A DNA stretch of 64,000 nucleotides from a virus (taxonomy: Duplodnaviria > Heunggongvirae > Uroviricota > Caudoviricetes), in the IMG/VR virus record IMGVR_UViG_3300037419_002054, positions 35,122-99,121 of that record; one strand, written 5' to 3'. The translations under genes and the position numbers were made by a program. Shown piece after piece: positions 36,547-44,396 of this stretch. Each line of letters starts with the position of its first letter. Position 1 is the first letter of the stretch. The notes below the pieces were generated by a model, which did not search any database, was not told the DNA's origin, and saw only the letters and a program-made list of their open reading frames with translations.

Positions 36547-36787
36547 GTTTCCCCTTCACGGCATCCCAGCTTTCGAAGACGGAGGGCACCTCACTCCAGT
36601 GCCGGCGCTTCCCGCGGTACGGGCCGGCGAGCTTCGCTGCTCGGGCGTAGGAGAGCGTTGCGTTCGTCTTGCGAGCGAGCTGGTCGAGCCGGAGGGCGGT
36701 CTCGAGATCCCCGGCCTCGCGCGCTGCCCAGGCCCCGTTGAACAGCGCTTCGAAGTCCTTCTCGGACACGTCAACCGTCTTCGCCAT
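36533..36787 (-). CDS. hypothetical protein (84 aa)
   Basis: ATG 36785-36787 (MAKTVDVSEKDF), TGATG overlap. The track ORF N-terminus is low-complexity. Confidence 0.4.
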   Translation of the reverse strand: MAKTVDVSEKDFEALFNGAWAAREAGDLETALRLDQLARKTNATLSYARAAKLAGPYRGKRRHWSEVPSVFESWDAVKGKREGS

Positions 36788-37293
36788 CAGTCGTCGAAGC
36801 TCGGGATCGGGGGCTCCGCCGGCTCCCAGCCCTCCGGCTCGTTGCGCGGCCGGAACAGGAGGACGTTCGGCTCGACGCCGTGGAGGGCGCGGTGGTAGCA
36901 GAGCAGCTCGCGCTTCGGGTCCGATCCCAGCAGCGCCTGCATCAGGATGCGCTCCAGCAGGGGCACGTCCTGCGTCAGGTGTACCCGGGCGTGGCGGCTC
37001 CCCTTGATCTGGCTGTTCCGCGAGCGGCGGATCTCCGCGGCGCCGATCGGGAGGCCCTTGGCCCGGGCGAGGGGCAGCTGCTCCATGAAGAACTTGACCG
37101 CGTCCCACGAGTCGAGGTCCAGCTGCAGGACGTTCGGGCCGGCCACCTCCACGTCGCAGTCAAACCCGTCGGCCAGCGCGCCCACCTCCCGCTCGCGGTC
37201 GTAGTCGGCGACCGGCTCAAGCGGGGGCAGCTTCGGCGCGGGGGAGTCGTCCAGCTCGGTCAGGAAGGCATCGAAATCGTCGTCGGGAATCAC
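36787..37293 (-). CDS. hypothetical acidic protein (about 168 aa)
   Basis: GTG 37291-37293 overlaps the upstream stop (GTGA). Sequence VIPDDDFDAFLTELDD... Confidence 0.4.
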   Translation of the reverse strand: MIPDDDFDAFLTELDDSPAPKLPPLEPVADYDREREVGALADGFDCDVEVAGPNVLQLDLDSWDAVKFFMEQLPLARAKGLPIGAAEIRRSRNSQIKGSRHARVHLTQDVPLLERILMQALLGSDPKRELLCYHRALHGVEPNVLLFRPRNEPEGWEPAEPPIPSFDD

Positions 37294-37460
37294 CGCGGTC
37301 TCCGGAGGAAGAAGTCCGTTGCGACGAACCCCACCGTCGTCGCAACCACCATGAATGCCCCCGGGACGGTGGGAGGGGAGGGGATCGGAAGCTTCAGGAG
37401 CCGGATGATCACGCCGATGAGGAGGCAGACGGCGAGGCCGGTCCATTCGGTACGGGTCAC
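37290..37460 (-). CDS. small membrane protein (56 aa)
   Basis: GTG start in a GTGA overlap. Hydrophobic GLAVCLLIGVIIRLL and FMVVATTVGFVATDFFL. Confidence 0.3.
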   Translation of the reverse strand: MTRTEWTGLAVCLLIGVIIRLLKLPIPSPPTVPGAFMVVATTVGFVATDFFLRRPR

Positions 37461-37843
37461 GGGGCAGAGATCTCCATGTAGTCGAGTAGCTTGATCGGGG
37501 CCACGGCCTCGGGCCTCCACTGGACCGCTCCCAGGTCGTACCCCGCCCGGAGGACGACCCGGAACCTGCTGACGCCGGAGGGGACGTGGTAGACCTTCAG
37601 CCCCGGCGCCTCCCCACGGGGAAGCCCCTCCCGCTGGTGCAGGATCTCCGCTTCGTAGAAGGCGGTCCGGTTGCACGAGACGACGCGGGTGTGGTGCGCC
37701 GGCTTCTCCTCGATCCGGTACTTCGCCGGCTCCCCCGGGTACGCGTCCTCGAAGACGGCCACGATGACCCGCGGCGGCCGGTACGAGAACAGGAAGGGGA
37801 GGAGGTGGCGCTGCTTGGCGCTCTGCAGCTCGAGCCCGTTCAC
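37457..37843 (-). CDS. hypothetical protein (128 aa)
   Basis: ORF, GTG start in a GTGA overlap. Confidence 0.45.
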   Translation of the reverse strand: MNGLELQSAKQRHLLPFLFSYRPPRVIVAVFEDAYPGEPAKYRIEEKPAHHTRVVSCNRTAFYEAEILHQREGLPRGEAPGLKVYHVPSGVSRFRVVLRAGYDLGAVQWRPEAVAPIKLLDYMEISAP

Positions 37844-38004
37844 GGGTCCCTCCGGTAGACGAGGCGGTACAGGTCGTCACGGTCCCGGACGAAGGTGGTG
37901 GCGGAGCAGTTACGCACTCCGCCCTTCCCCTCGTCCTTGATCCGGATCTCCACGGCGTCCCCCGGGAGCTCGGTCCCGTCGGGCAGGCGTACGGTGACGG
38001 TCAC
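37840..38004 (-). CDS. hypothetical small protein (54 aa)
   Basis: GTG 38002-38004 with a GGAGGA SD (VTVTVRLPDGTELPG...). Confidence 0.3.
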   Translation of the reverse strand: MTVTVRLPDGTELPGDAVEIRIKDEGKGGVRNCSATTFVRDRDDLYRLVYRRDP

Positions 38005-38009
38005 GTTGA

Positions 38010-38249
38010 TCAGTCCTCCGGATCGCAGTCCTGGTAGAGCGCCCCGCAGGCGGGACACCTCCACTCGTCGACCGTCTCCGGCATCGTCTTCCCCTCGTGG
38101 AAGCAGAGGCCGCACACGTCCTCCGGCTCGTACTCGGGGCAGGTGTCGTGCACGCAGAAGACGCACTCGCCTCCCGGCACGATGTGAACGTCGAAGGGGT
38201 GCCCGCAGACGCAGTCGGTGTTCACGAAGAGGTTGGCGAGGGTCGTCAC
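38010..38249 (-). CDS. Cys-rich zinc-binding small protein (about 79 aa)
   Basis: Contains CVCGH...CVFCVHDTC...CGLCFHEG...CPACG. GTG start in a GTGA overlap. Confidence 0.4.
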   Translation of the reverse strand: MTTLANLFVNTDCVCGHPFDVHIVPGGECVFCVHDTCPEYEPEDVCGLCFHEGKTMPETVDEWRCPACGALYQDCDPED

Positions 38250-38407
38250 GCGCCCTCGGTCCGGTAGACGTACTCGTCGAGGCACCGCTTGTCGCAGAAG
38301 TGCACCTTGCGGATGCGGCAGAAGTTGAGCGCCCACTTCCCGCAGATCACGCAGAAGAACCCGCTGTCCCCCTTCACTGCCCCCACCAGCTCACGGATCA
38401 GCTGCAT
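38246..38407 (-). CDS. treble-clef zinc-finger microprotein (53 aa)
   Basis: Not in the ORF track. Verified translation MQLIRELVGAVKGDSGFFCVICGKWALNFCRIRKVHFCDKRCLDEYVYRTEGA. GGAGGG SD. Confidence 0.4.
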   Translation of the reverse strand: MQLIRELVGAVKGDSGFFCVICGKWALNFCRIRKVHFCDKRCLDEYVYRTEGA

Positions 38408-38826
38408 CCCTCCTCCACGGTGAGGTCGTCGGCGAGGACCATGAACGGCTCCTTGCAGTCCAGGTCCGTGGCGACGAGGTAGACGTAGTGCCGGCGCTCC
38501 TGCTTGAACCCGGGGACCAGCTTCCCGCCGAAGTAGGTCTCGTACTCCGTCGCGTCGTAGATCGTCCCGGAGAGCATCACCTTGCGGCCAACGATCATCC
38601 CGTGGCCGCGGAACTCGAAGCCTTCGTCCTCCGGGTCGAAGCGGCGGCTGAGCTGGGAGGGGACCTTGCCGCGGGGCAGAAGCTGACCCCGCTCGCGGTA
38701 CAGGTAGTTCGAGAAGACGACCCGGGTGCCGAGCTGGAGCTCGGGCCGCCAGCTTCCCGCCGGAGCGCGGGGACCGAACTCCTCGTGGTCCCCGCCGCTC
38801 AGGTTGTTCAGGTCGAACCGGCTCAC
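38398..38826 (-). CDS. hypothetical protein (about 142 aa)
   Basis: GTG 38824-38826 in a GTGA overlap. The track ORF N-terminus is an Arg-rich artefact. Confidence 0.4.
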   Translation of the reverse strand: MSRFDLNNLSGGDHEEFGPRAPAGSWRPELQLGTRVVFSNYLYRERGQLLPRGKVPSQLSRRFDPEDEGFEFRGHGMIVGRKVMLSGTIYDATEYETYFGGKLVPGFKQERRHYVYLVATDLDCKEPFMVLADDLTVEEGCS

Positions 38827-39320
38827 GCCCGGGCCTTCTTGGTGGGCAGCTTCGGCATCTTCACGCCGATCAGGTCGCACAGGCGCTGGATCTCCGCCGG
38901 GGAGAAGTAGTGGCACCCCGCCTTGACGCCGAGGGGCTGGTAGCCGTTCTCGTCGGTGCCGATCGGGCACGTGACGTGCCACGCGTCGAACATCCCCGTG
39001 CTGACGCGCACCTGCTCGCCATCCTCCGTGTACCGGCCGCGCAGCTTCGGGAGCAGCTTGAGGACGCGCTTCACCTCCTCCACCGAGGCGTTGTAGCCCA
39101 GGTTGGTCTGCACGTACAGCTCGCCCTTCTCCACGTGATGCGGGCCGCTGTAGCGGTCCTTCTCCTCGCCCTTGCGGAGGACGCGGACCACGTTGCCGTC
39201 GCGAATGCTCAGCGCCAGCTCGGCACGGCAGTGGATGGTGTCGCTGCGGCCGGAGCGCCACGGCTCCAGCAGCTTCTCGGCGTGGGCGCCCAGCGGGGTG
39301 TCGCAATTGACCTTGGCCAT
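38823..39320 (-). CDS. hypothetical protein (165 aa)
   Basis: ATG 39318-39320 (MAKVNCDTPLG). Confidence 0.45.
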   Translation of the reverse strand: MAKVNCDTPLGAHAEKLLEPWRSGRSDTIHCRAELALSIRDGNVVRVLRKGEEKDRYSGPHHVEKGELYVQTNLGYNASVEEVKRVLKLLPKLRGRYTEDGEQVRVSTGMFDAWHVTCPIGTDENGYQPLGVKAGCHYFSPAEIQRLCDLIGVKMPKLPTKKARA

Positions 39321-39398
39321 CGTTCCCTCGAGTAGGGGGTGATCTTGGAAAAAGAATCGAGCCGACACCCCGCGGTGGAGGTGACGGCTCGTCGGTGT

Positions 39399-39971
39399 TC
39401 AGCAGGAGATGAGGCGTGCGGTCTGCAGCGACTCCAGCCGTTCGGCTGTGTCCTCGAGGGACGTGTGGAGGATGGCCGTCCCGCCGGCCGCCTCCCACTC
39501 CTTGCAGTTGCTGGCCCGGTCATCGATCAGCACCTGGATGCGGTCCCGGTTGTACCGCCCCACGTAGGCGCCCTTGCTCTCCCGCTCCCCGGTGGGGTCG
39601 AACCAGAGATCCGAGTGCACCGGGAGGTGGGCCGAGAGCCAGTCCCTCTTGCCCCGGCGCGCCTCCTCCCTGCCCCGCACCGAGAGCCGGCCCGGGGTGG
39701 CCGTCAGGATGCTGAACCGTCCGTGCGTCTCCGCGGTGCGGTTTACGAGGCGGAGCATCTCGTTGAACGGCAGGAGGCTCCGAAAGAAGGTGTAGGGGTC
39801 CTCCTCGATGATCCCCGCCACCTTCCGCTTCTGCGCCCGGCCCTCGGGGGTGAGGGCGTGGGCGTTGTCGTTCGTGTGGTGGATCTCCTCCCCGGCCAGC
39901 ACCCGGCGCTTCGCCGAGTCGAAGTCCGCGAGTACCCCGTCCATATCCCAGTAGATCTGCAGCTTGCGCAT
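39399..39971 (-). CDS. HAD-superfamily 5'(3')-deoxyribonucleotidase-like protein (about 190 aa)
   Basis: N-terminal MRKLQIYWDMDGVLADF carries the HAD motif I (DxDGV), typical of the NT5C family. AAGGAG SD. Confidence 0.6.
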   Translation of the reverse strand: MRKLQIYWDMDGVLADFDSAKRRVLAGEEIHHTNDNAHALTPEGRAQKRKVAGIIEEDPYTFFRSLLPFNEMLRLVNRTAETHGRFSILTATPGRLSVRGREEARRGKRDWLSAHLPVHSDLWFDPTGERESKGAYVGRYNRDRIQVLIDDRASNCKEWEAAGGTAILHTSLEDTAERLESLQTARLISC

Positions 39972-40131
39972 GAACTCCTTCAGTGAAAGGCGTAGGCGAT
40001 CAGCCCGATCCCTGCGATCACGAGGAGCGTCAACAGATCCAGCCAGCCGAGCGGCTCCGGGGTCACGCAGGGGTCCTCCTCGCGGTGGTAGCCGCGGCAG
40101 CACGGGCATCGCCCGTCGTAGTAGTGCGAGA

Positions 40132-40278
40132 TCAGCGCCCCACCTCCACGTTCTCGTCGTAGTTGTGGGCCGCGTGATCGTGCTCGGCCTTCCCCGAGAC
40201 CTTCCCGCAGCTGACGAGCAGCGCGAGGACGAGGAGGGCCGCGCAGACGGTCCACGGATGACCCTTGACCCAGGTCAT
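40132..40278 (-). CDS. small putative lipoprotein (48 aa)
   Basis: MTWVKGHPWTVCAALLVLALLVSCGK: signal peptide with a lipobox-like LVSC. Confidence 0.35.
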   Translation of the reverse strand: MTWVKGHPWTVCAALLVLALLVSCGKVSGKAEHDHAAHNYDENVEVGR

Positions 40279-40514
40279 CCGCCGTACCCGGCCGGGAGGG
40301 TGATGTAGTAGCGCTCCTCGCGGCCCCCGTCCTCCTCCCACACGGCGTCGTTGTGGAGGAGTACCCCGGAGGCGTCCCGCGCCTCGAGCTCCTCGGGGGC
40401 CGGCGTCCGGAGGAAGCAGTGGGAGAAGGTCCGCTTCATCTCCCGCACCGTGGTGAGCCCGTGCCGGACCTCGTAGGGGTACGGGTTCCCGTTCGCGATG
40501 ACCTCAACGATCAT
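40275..40514 (-). CDS. hypothetical protein (79 aa)
   Basis: ATG 40512-40514 (MIVEVIANG). Confidence 0.4.
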   Translation of the reverse strand: MIVEVIANGNPYPYEVRHGLTTVREMKRTFSHCFLRTPAPEELEARDASGVLLHNDAVWEEDGGREERYYITLPAGYGG

Positions 40515-40990
40515 ACCTCGTCCCTCCGGTCCGAGATGCACGGCTCGCACCACCACTCGTACTTGTTGGGGTCCCCGCTGATCCCCTCGGCGGCGAAGGG
40601 GTCCACGTCGAAGATGCTGGCCCGCTCCTTACCGCAGCGGTTGCACTTCCGCTCCACGCCGGTGCCGAAGCAGGCGTCGCACCCGATGGGGTTCTCCCCT
40701 TCGCACCGCGGGCAGACCCCTCCCACGTCGGTGAACGTGAAGCTCACCCCGGGGATCTCGATGCCCCGGCTCTTCATCGCCGAGAGGAGGTCGCCCAGCT
40801 CACGGGTGTCGAGGACGACCCGCTGCTTGCCCCGCTCCATCTCCATGTCGAGGGCGATGATGGGAACCTCCTCCGTCCCGCCCCGCACGAACCCCTTCGA
40901 GAACCCCGCGGTCACGCCGTACGGGGTGTCGTCGATGGACCTGAGCCCCACCCGGTCCGCGACCTCCGGCCACTCCATCTGCTGAGTCAC
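40511..40990 (-). CDS. hypothetical protein with zinc-ribbon (159 aa)
   Basis: Contains CPRCEGENPIGCDACFGTG...CNRCGK. Confidence 0.5.
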   Translation of the reverse strand: MTQQMEWPEVADRVGLRSIDDTPYGVTAGFSKGFVRGGTEEVPIIALDMEMERGKQRVVLDTRELGDLLSAMKSRGIEIPGVSFTFTDVGGVCPRCEGENPIGCDACFGTGVERKCNRCGKERASIFDVDPFAAEGISGDPNKYEWWCEPCISDRRDEV

Positions 40991-41013
40991 TAACCTTCCC
41001 TCCAGAAAGTGTT

Positions 41014-41042
41014 GACCACTCCCTACGTTTGTGTGATATTCC
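41014..41042 (+). promoter_or_regulatory. sigma70-type promoter, plus-oriented family copy
   Basis: GAAAGTG-TTGACC-17nt-GATATT-ccgctaaggttgagagagcgcaccc. Drives 41084..41693. Confidence 0.55.
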
Positions 41043-41083
41043 GCTAAGGTTGAGAGAGCGCACCCCTAACGGAGACTACCCCG

Positions 41084-41332
41084 ATGGCCACCATCCGCTT
41101 CTACGGCCTGACCGCAAGCCTCGCCCAGTGGCGCACCGTCGTCGCCACCCGGGTCGGCGCCGAGGGGACCGCGGTGCAGGTGGAGTCAAAGCGCCGCAAG
41201 AACCCCGCCGGCAACTTCTATCTGGACGAGCGGCACTACTTCGACGTAGAGCTCACGGACGGTCAGCGTTCGGACCTCATGACGGAGTGGCGCGCCGGCT
41301 GGAACGAGCGGATCACCTACAAGGAGGTATGA
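41084..41332 (+). CDS. hypothetical protein (82 aa), plus-strand island 3
   Basis: 44 nt downstream of the plus-oriented promoter; GGAG SD. Confidence 0.5.
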   Translation: MATIRFYGLTASLAQWRTVVATRVGAEGTAVQVESKRRKNPAGNFYLDERHYFDVELTDGQRSDLMTEWRAGWNERITYKEV

Positions 41333-41333
41333 G

Positions 41334-41693
41334 ATGGACGGCGTGCGCTTCTACACCGAGATCTCCCCAACCGAGGGGAACCCCCGGGCCGCCCGCCCCT
41401 CCCTCGACGCGCCGTTCCGTCGGTACTCCCGGACGGACGCCGAAGTGGAGCGTGACGGCTATGAGACCGGGCTCCGCTGGACCGACACCTACCGCCCCGG
41501 TGGTCCGTGGTCCTCCGGGTACGACCCCCAGCGGGATCACCCGGACTGGGTGGCCTACGCCAAGACCCTCGAGCGACACCGCGAGCTGTGGCTGCAGGCG
41601 TTCGACCGCGGGCTTGCCCGTCAGCGCGAGGCCCGGGCGTGGACTCCGCTCCCTCGGCCCTCCTTCTCCGCCCTCAGCTCGGCCACCTCCTGA
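41334..41693 (+). CDS. hypothetical protein (119 aa)
   Basis: AAGGAGG SD. 3' end overlaps a convergent minus-strand ORF by about 70 nt. Confidence 0.45.
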   Translation: MDGVRFYTEISPTEGNPRAARPSLDAPFRRYSRTDAEVERDGYETGLRWTDTYRPGGPWSSGYDPQRDHPDWVAYAKTLERHRELWLQAFDRGLARQREARAWTPLPRPSFSALSSATS

Positions 41694-41830
41694 GCGAGGG
41701 CCAGCACCAGCTTGTCCCCCGTGAGCGTCCGCCATGGCTCCCCGTACCGGAGGGCCACGGCGGCTCCGTTCTCGAACTGCACGACCGTGTACTTCCCTTC
41801 CTCCAGCTCCACCCGCAGCACTTCCTTCAC
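41621..41830 (-). CDS. hypothetical protein (69 aa)
   Basis: GTG start in a GTGA overlap with a GGAGGTG SD. Confidence 0.35.
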   Translation of the reverse strand: MKEVLRVELEEGKYTVVQFENGAAVALRYGEPWRTLTGDKLVLALAQEVAELRAEKEGRGSGVHARASR

Positions 41831-42147
41831 CGCCGCACCTCCTTCATCCACGGGGGAGGGGTACAGTTGACCGGGTCGCTCTCGTACTTCGCCTTCAGCC
41901 GGCCCAGCTGCTCTGCCTTCCCCGGGTAGCAGTCGTGCAACCCCTCGAAGATCTCGATCAGGTTGCGCATCCCCGCGGCCCACCGGGACAGGGGCCTCCC
42001 GTCCTCGAGGTAGCGGGCCAGATCCGCGGTGGCGTGCTTCCCGATGTGGGCGACGAGGTCATCCGGGCAGGTGCCGTCCCGGAAGTCCTGCACGATCGCT
42101 GCGATCCACGCGTCCAGCCGCTCCCCGTCGCTCTCGCACGCCGCCAT
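41827..42147 (-). CDS. hypothetical protein (106 aa)
   Basis: ATG 42145-42147 (MAACESDGERL). Confidence 0.4.
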   Translation of the reverse strand: MAACESDGERLDAWIAAIVQDFRDGTCPDDLVAHIGKHATADLARYLEDGRPLSRWAAGMRNLIEIFEGLHDCYPGKAEQLGRLKAKYESDPVNCTPPPWMKEVRR

Positions 42148-42317
42148 CAGTTGTACCCGACGAGGAAGGGGCCGGTGATGTGGCACTCCCCGTCGCAGCC
42201 TCCGGCGTGGCTGCAGTCGTCCCGGACCGCGGCGCAGGGGACCGGGCCGCAGTCCTCGCACTCCCAGCGGGGGCAGTCCCCCGGGTCGCATGAGCAGTAG
42301 CTGCGCTCAGTAGCCAT
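42147..42317 (-). CDS. Cys-rich microprotein (56 aa)
   Basis: MATERSYCSCDPGDCPRWECEDCGPVPCAAVRDDCSHAGGCDGECH. Confidence 0.35.
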   Translation of the reverse strand: MATERSYCSCDPGDCPRWECEDCGPVPCAAVRDDCSHAGGCDGECHITGPFLVGYN

Positions 42318-42582
42318 GGCACTCCTCGCAGCACTCGTCCCCACAGCACCGCCCTCCGCAACAGGCGGGGGTCTCCTCCTTCACGAAGACGAGCGGGGGA
42401 GGGATCACCGGGTAGGGAGGGAAGGTGAGGCCCACCTCCTCCTGTTGACGCCGGATCAGCTCCTTCACGTCGTCGGGGGTCACGGGGGTACGCTCCCCGA
42501 AGATCCGGGCGAAGTTGCGGTCGTACGTCTCCTTCGGGACGCTGAGCGGCCGGGGTGCGTCTCCCTTGCCGTTGTCGCTCAT
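42307..42582 (-). CDS. hypothetical protein with Cys-rich C-terminus (91 aa)
   Basis: MSDNGKGDAPRPL...CCGGRCCGDECCEECHGY. Confidence 0.4.
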   Translation of the reverse strand: MSDNGKGDAPRPLSVPKETYDRNFARIFGERTPVTPDDVKELIRRQQEEVGLTFPPYPVIPPPLVFVKEETPACCGGRCCGDECCEECHGY

Positions 42583-42826
42583 CGGAAGGCCCACCCGATC
42601 AGCCGCAGCATCACCCCCACGAACGCGGTCGCGGTCAGGGCGAAGAAGGCGGACAGGAGGAGGCAGAAGAAGAGGCACCCCCACTCCACGGGGTTCCGGG
42701 GCAGGGGGATACGACGCCTCGGCTTCCTCAGCTTCGGCGGCTGCGCCCCTTCTACGACCTTGCGGTTCTCCGGACCCAACGGCCGGGCTCGGTAGCCTCC
42801 CAGCGGGGGAGGCGTCCATCCGTCTC

Positions 42827-42958
42827 TCAAGGGATCTCCTTTTGTGGATCGTACCTGCGGCAGAATAGGCCGCAGAACCAGCAGCGTACCCGGGTCATCT
42901 TCTCCGGGGAACGCCCTCCGCAGCCACAGCGTGTGCAGAGGTAGGTGTAGAGGTTCAT
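42827..42958 (-). CDS. zinc-ribbon microprotein (43 aa)
   Basis: Not in the ORF track. Verified translation MNLYTYLCTRCGCGGRSPEKMTRVRCWFCGLFCRRYDPQKEIP. ATGA overlap. Confidence 0.35.
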   Translation of the reverse strand: MNLYTYLCTRCGCGGRSPEKMTRVRCWFCGLFCRRYDPQKEIP

Positions 42959-43125
42959 CCGGCCCGGAGCTCGTCGACGTAGGCGAGCGTGGAGCCGAGG
43001 TGGGACGAGAGGTCATCCAGCACCTCGGCCTCCTCCTGGGTCACGTCCTCCTTCGGCCCGAGGATCACCGCGATCGCGCTCACGACCGCCCGGGCCTGCT
43101 CCTCCGTCAGCTCGAAGGGGTTCAT
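42955..43125 (-). CDS. hypothetical small acidic protein (56 aa)
   Basis: Not in the ORF track. Verified translation MNPFELTEEQARAVVSAIAVILGPKEDVTQEEAEVLDDLSSHLGSTLAYVDELRAG. ATGA overlap. Confidence 0.35.
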   Translation of the reverse strand: MNPFELTEEQARAVVSAIAVILGPKEDVTQEEAEVLDDLSSHLGSTLAYVDELRAG

Positions 43126-43268
43126 CGTGCGCCCAGGTACTGGAAGAGCAGGAAGCCCCCGCCGAGGAGGGCTGCGATCAACAAGACGAGGCAGGAGAGG
43201 CGGGTATCCCGCGCCGCCTTCTCCCTACGCTTGCGCTGGGCCTCACAGAAGGGGCACCCGTCGCTCAC
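43122..43268 (-). CDS. small membrane protein (48 aa)
   Basis: GTG start (GTGA overlap). C-terminal TM LSCLVLLIAALLGGGFLLF. Confidence 0.3.
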   Translation of the reverse strand: MSDGCPFCEAQRKRREKAARDTRLSCLVLLIAALLGGGFLLFQYLGAR

Positions 43269-43651
43269 CTCCACACCTCCTCCTGCTGGGGGTGATCCCA
43301 GTCGTGCAGGAGCCACTGGAAGTGGGAACGCATCTCGCTGGGGTCCCAGGCTAGCCGCTCGACCTCGGGCCGCCACGCCTTCCGCTGGTCCTGGATGAAC
43401 TTGCGAGGGCTCGGCCGGGAGCGGATATGGAAGTCCGCGGGGTTCACCTCCCAGCTCATCCCGTAGGCGAAGTCAGCGAAGATCCTCTCCCCGCGGATTG
43501 TCACCCCCACGAGGAGATCCGACTCGTTGACACGGTAGTGGAGGGGAGCCACCGGGGCGGTCTCGAGGACGACGTACTGCCCGACGTAGCGGGAGAGGAG
43601 CCAGCGAAGGTCTTCGAGCGGCAGGTATCGCGTCGAGTATTCGTTGTCCAC
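43265..43651 (-). CDS. hypothetical protein (128 aa)
   Basis: ORF. Confidence 0.5.
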   Translation of the reverse strand: MDNEYSTRYLPLEDLRWLLSRYVGQYVVLETAPVAPLHYRVNESDLLVGVTIRGERIFADFAYGMSWEVNPADFHIRSRPSPRKFIQDQRKAWRPEVERLAWDPSEMRSHFQWLLHDWDHPQQEEVWR

Positions 43652-43754
43652 GTCTAAGCCGTTTCAGGGGTCGCCTCCAGAGGCCGGCCCCAGTCGAGGT
43701 GGATTTTGAGCCGGGGGCGGAAGCAGAACCTGCCCCCGGATCTCCCCGAGGATC

Positions 43755-44096
43755 TCAGGAGCGCCGACCGGGCGCTATGAGCCTGGGGCGCGTCGGGAGG
43801 GCGGAGCGGTAGGACTTCCGCAGGTACGCGGTCGCCTCCCGGGCCTCCTCCTCCGTGGCCCCCTTGCAGTGGATGAGGTACGCCTCGGTGATCGGGATGT
43901 ACAGCTGGGCCCGGGGAGTACGGTAGCCCATCAGGATCGCGGTCCAGTGCCGCTCGTTGATCCCGCAGAGCTCGGCGGCGGGGAGGCGACCGAGGACGTT
44001 GGCCAGGGCCTGCAGCTTCCGCGGGAGGGTCGCGAGCTGCGAGTTCTCAAGACGGCCCATAGGCCACTTGTTGTCGGTGAGTCGGGGCGTGGGCAA
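43755..44096 (-). CDS. hypothetical protein (113 aa)
   Basis: ORF downstream of a 300-bp intergenic region. Confidence 0.45.
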   Translation of the reverse strand: MPTPRLTDNKWPMGRLENSQLATLPRKLQALANVLGRLPAAELCGINERHWTAILMGYRTPRAQLYIPITEAYLIHCKGATEEEAREATAYLRKSYRSALPTRPRLIAPGRRS

Positions 44097-44208
44097 GGCT
44101 CTCGTGAGATCGCAGGGGAGAGGGGCGTACGCTGCGCAGGGGACCTCGATCTGATGACCGGGTCGGGCGCGCGCGTATAGGGCAGGTGCGAATTAGGACC
44201 CGTGAGGG

Positions 44209-44232
44209 CATCTCGCATATAAATGCGGGATG
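44209..44232. promoter_or_regulatory. AT-rich near-palindrome CATCTCGCAT-ATAA-ATGCGGGATG in a 300-bp intergenic region
   Basis: 10-bp arms with 1 mismatch centred on TATAAA, in an otherwise about 70% GC genome. The surrounding 44097-44396 region has no ORF. Confidence 0.4.
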
Positions 44233-44396
44233 GATCCACGGGAGACCTGGCACCCGTCAACAGCTTGTATCCGACGTGGAGGGAGGGGGTTATCAGCGAT
44301 CGGGGAGGAGCGATCCAGCGGGGTACAACAGGAGAGGGTGCAGACGAGTCATCGCCTACACCCTCACTACCGTCTCCCAAGGGTGGGAGGGGGTTC

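Noticed and set aside
39980-40060. 28-aa hydrophobic peptide (VTPEPLGWLDLLTLLVIAGIGLIAYAFH) between the nucleotidase and lipoprotein genes, and a 36-aa peptide at about 42579-42690.
   Set aside because: Both are very short, the only possible starts are GTG codons, and expression is uncertain. They are noted as possible membrane micro-ORFs but not annotated.
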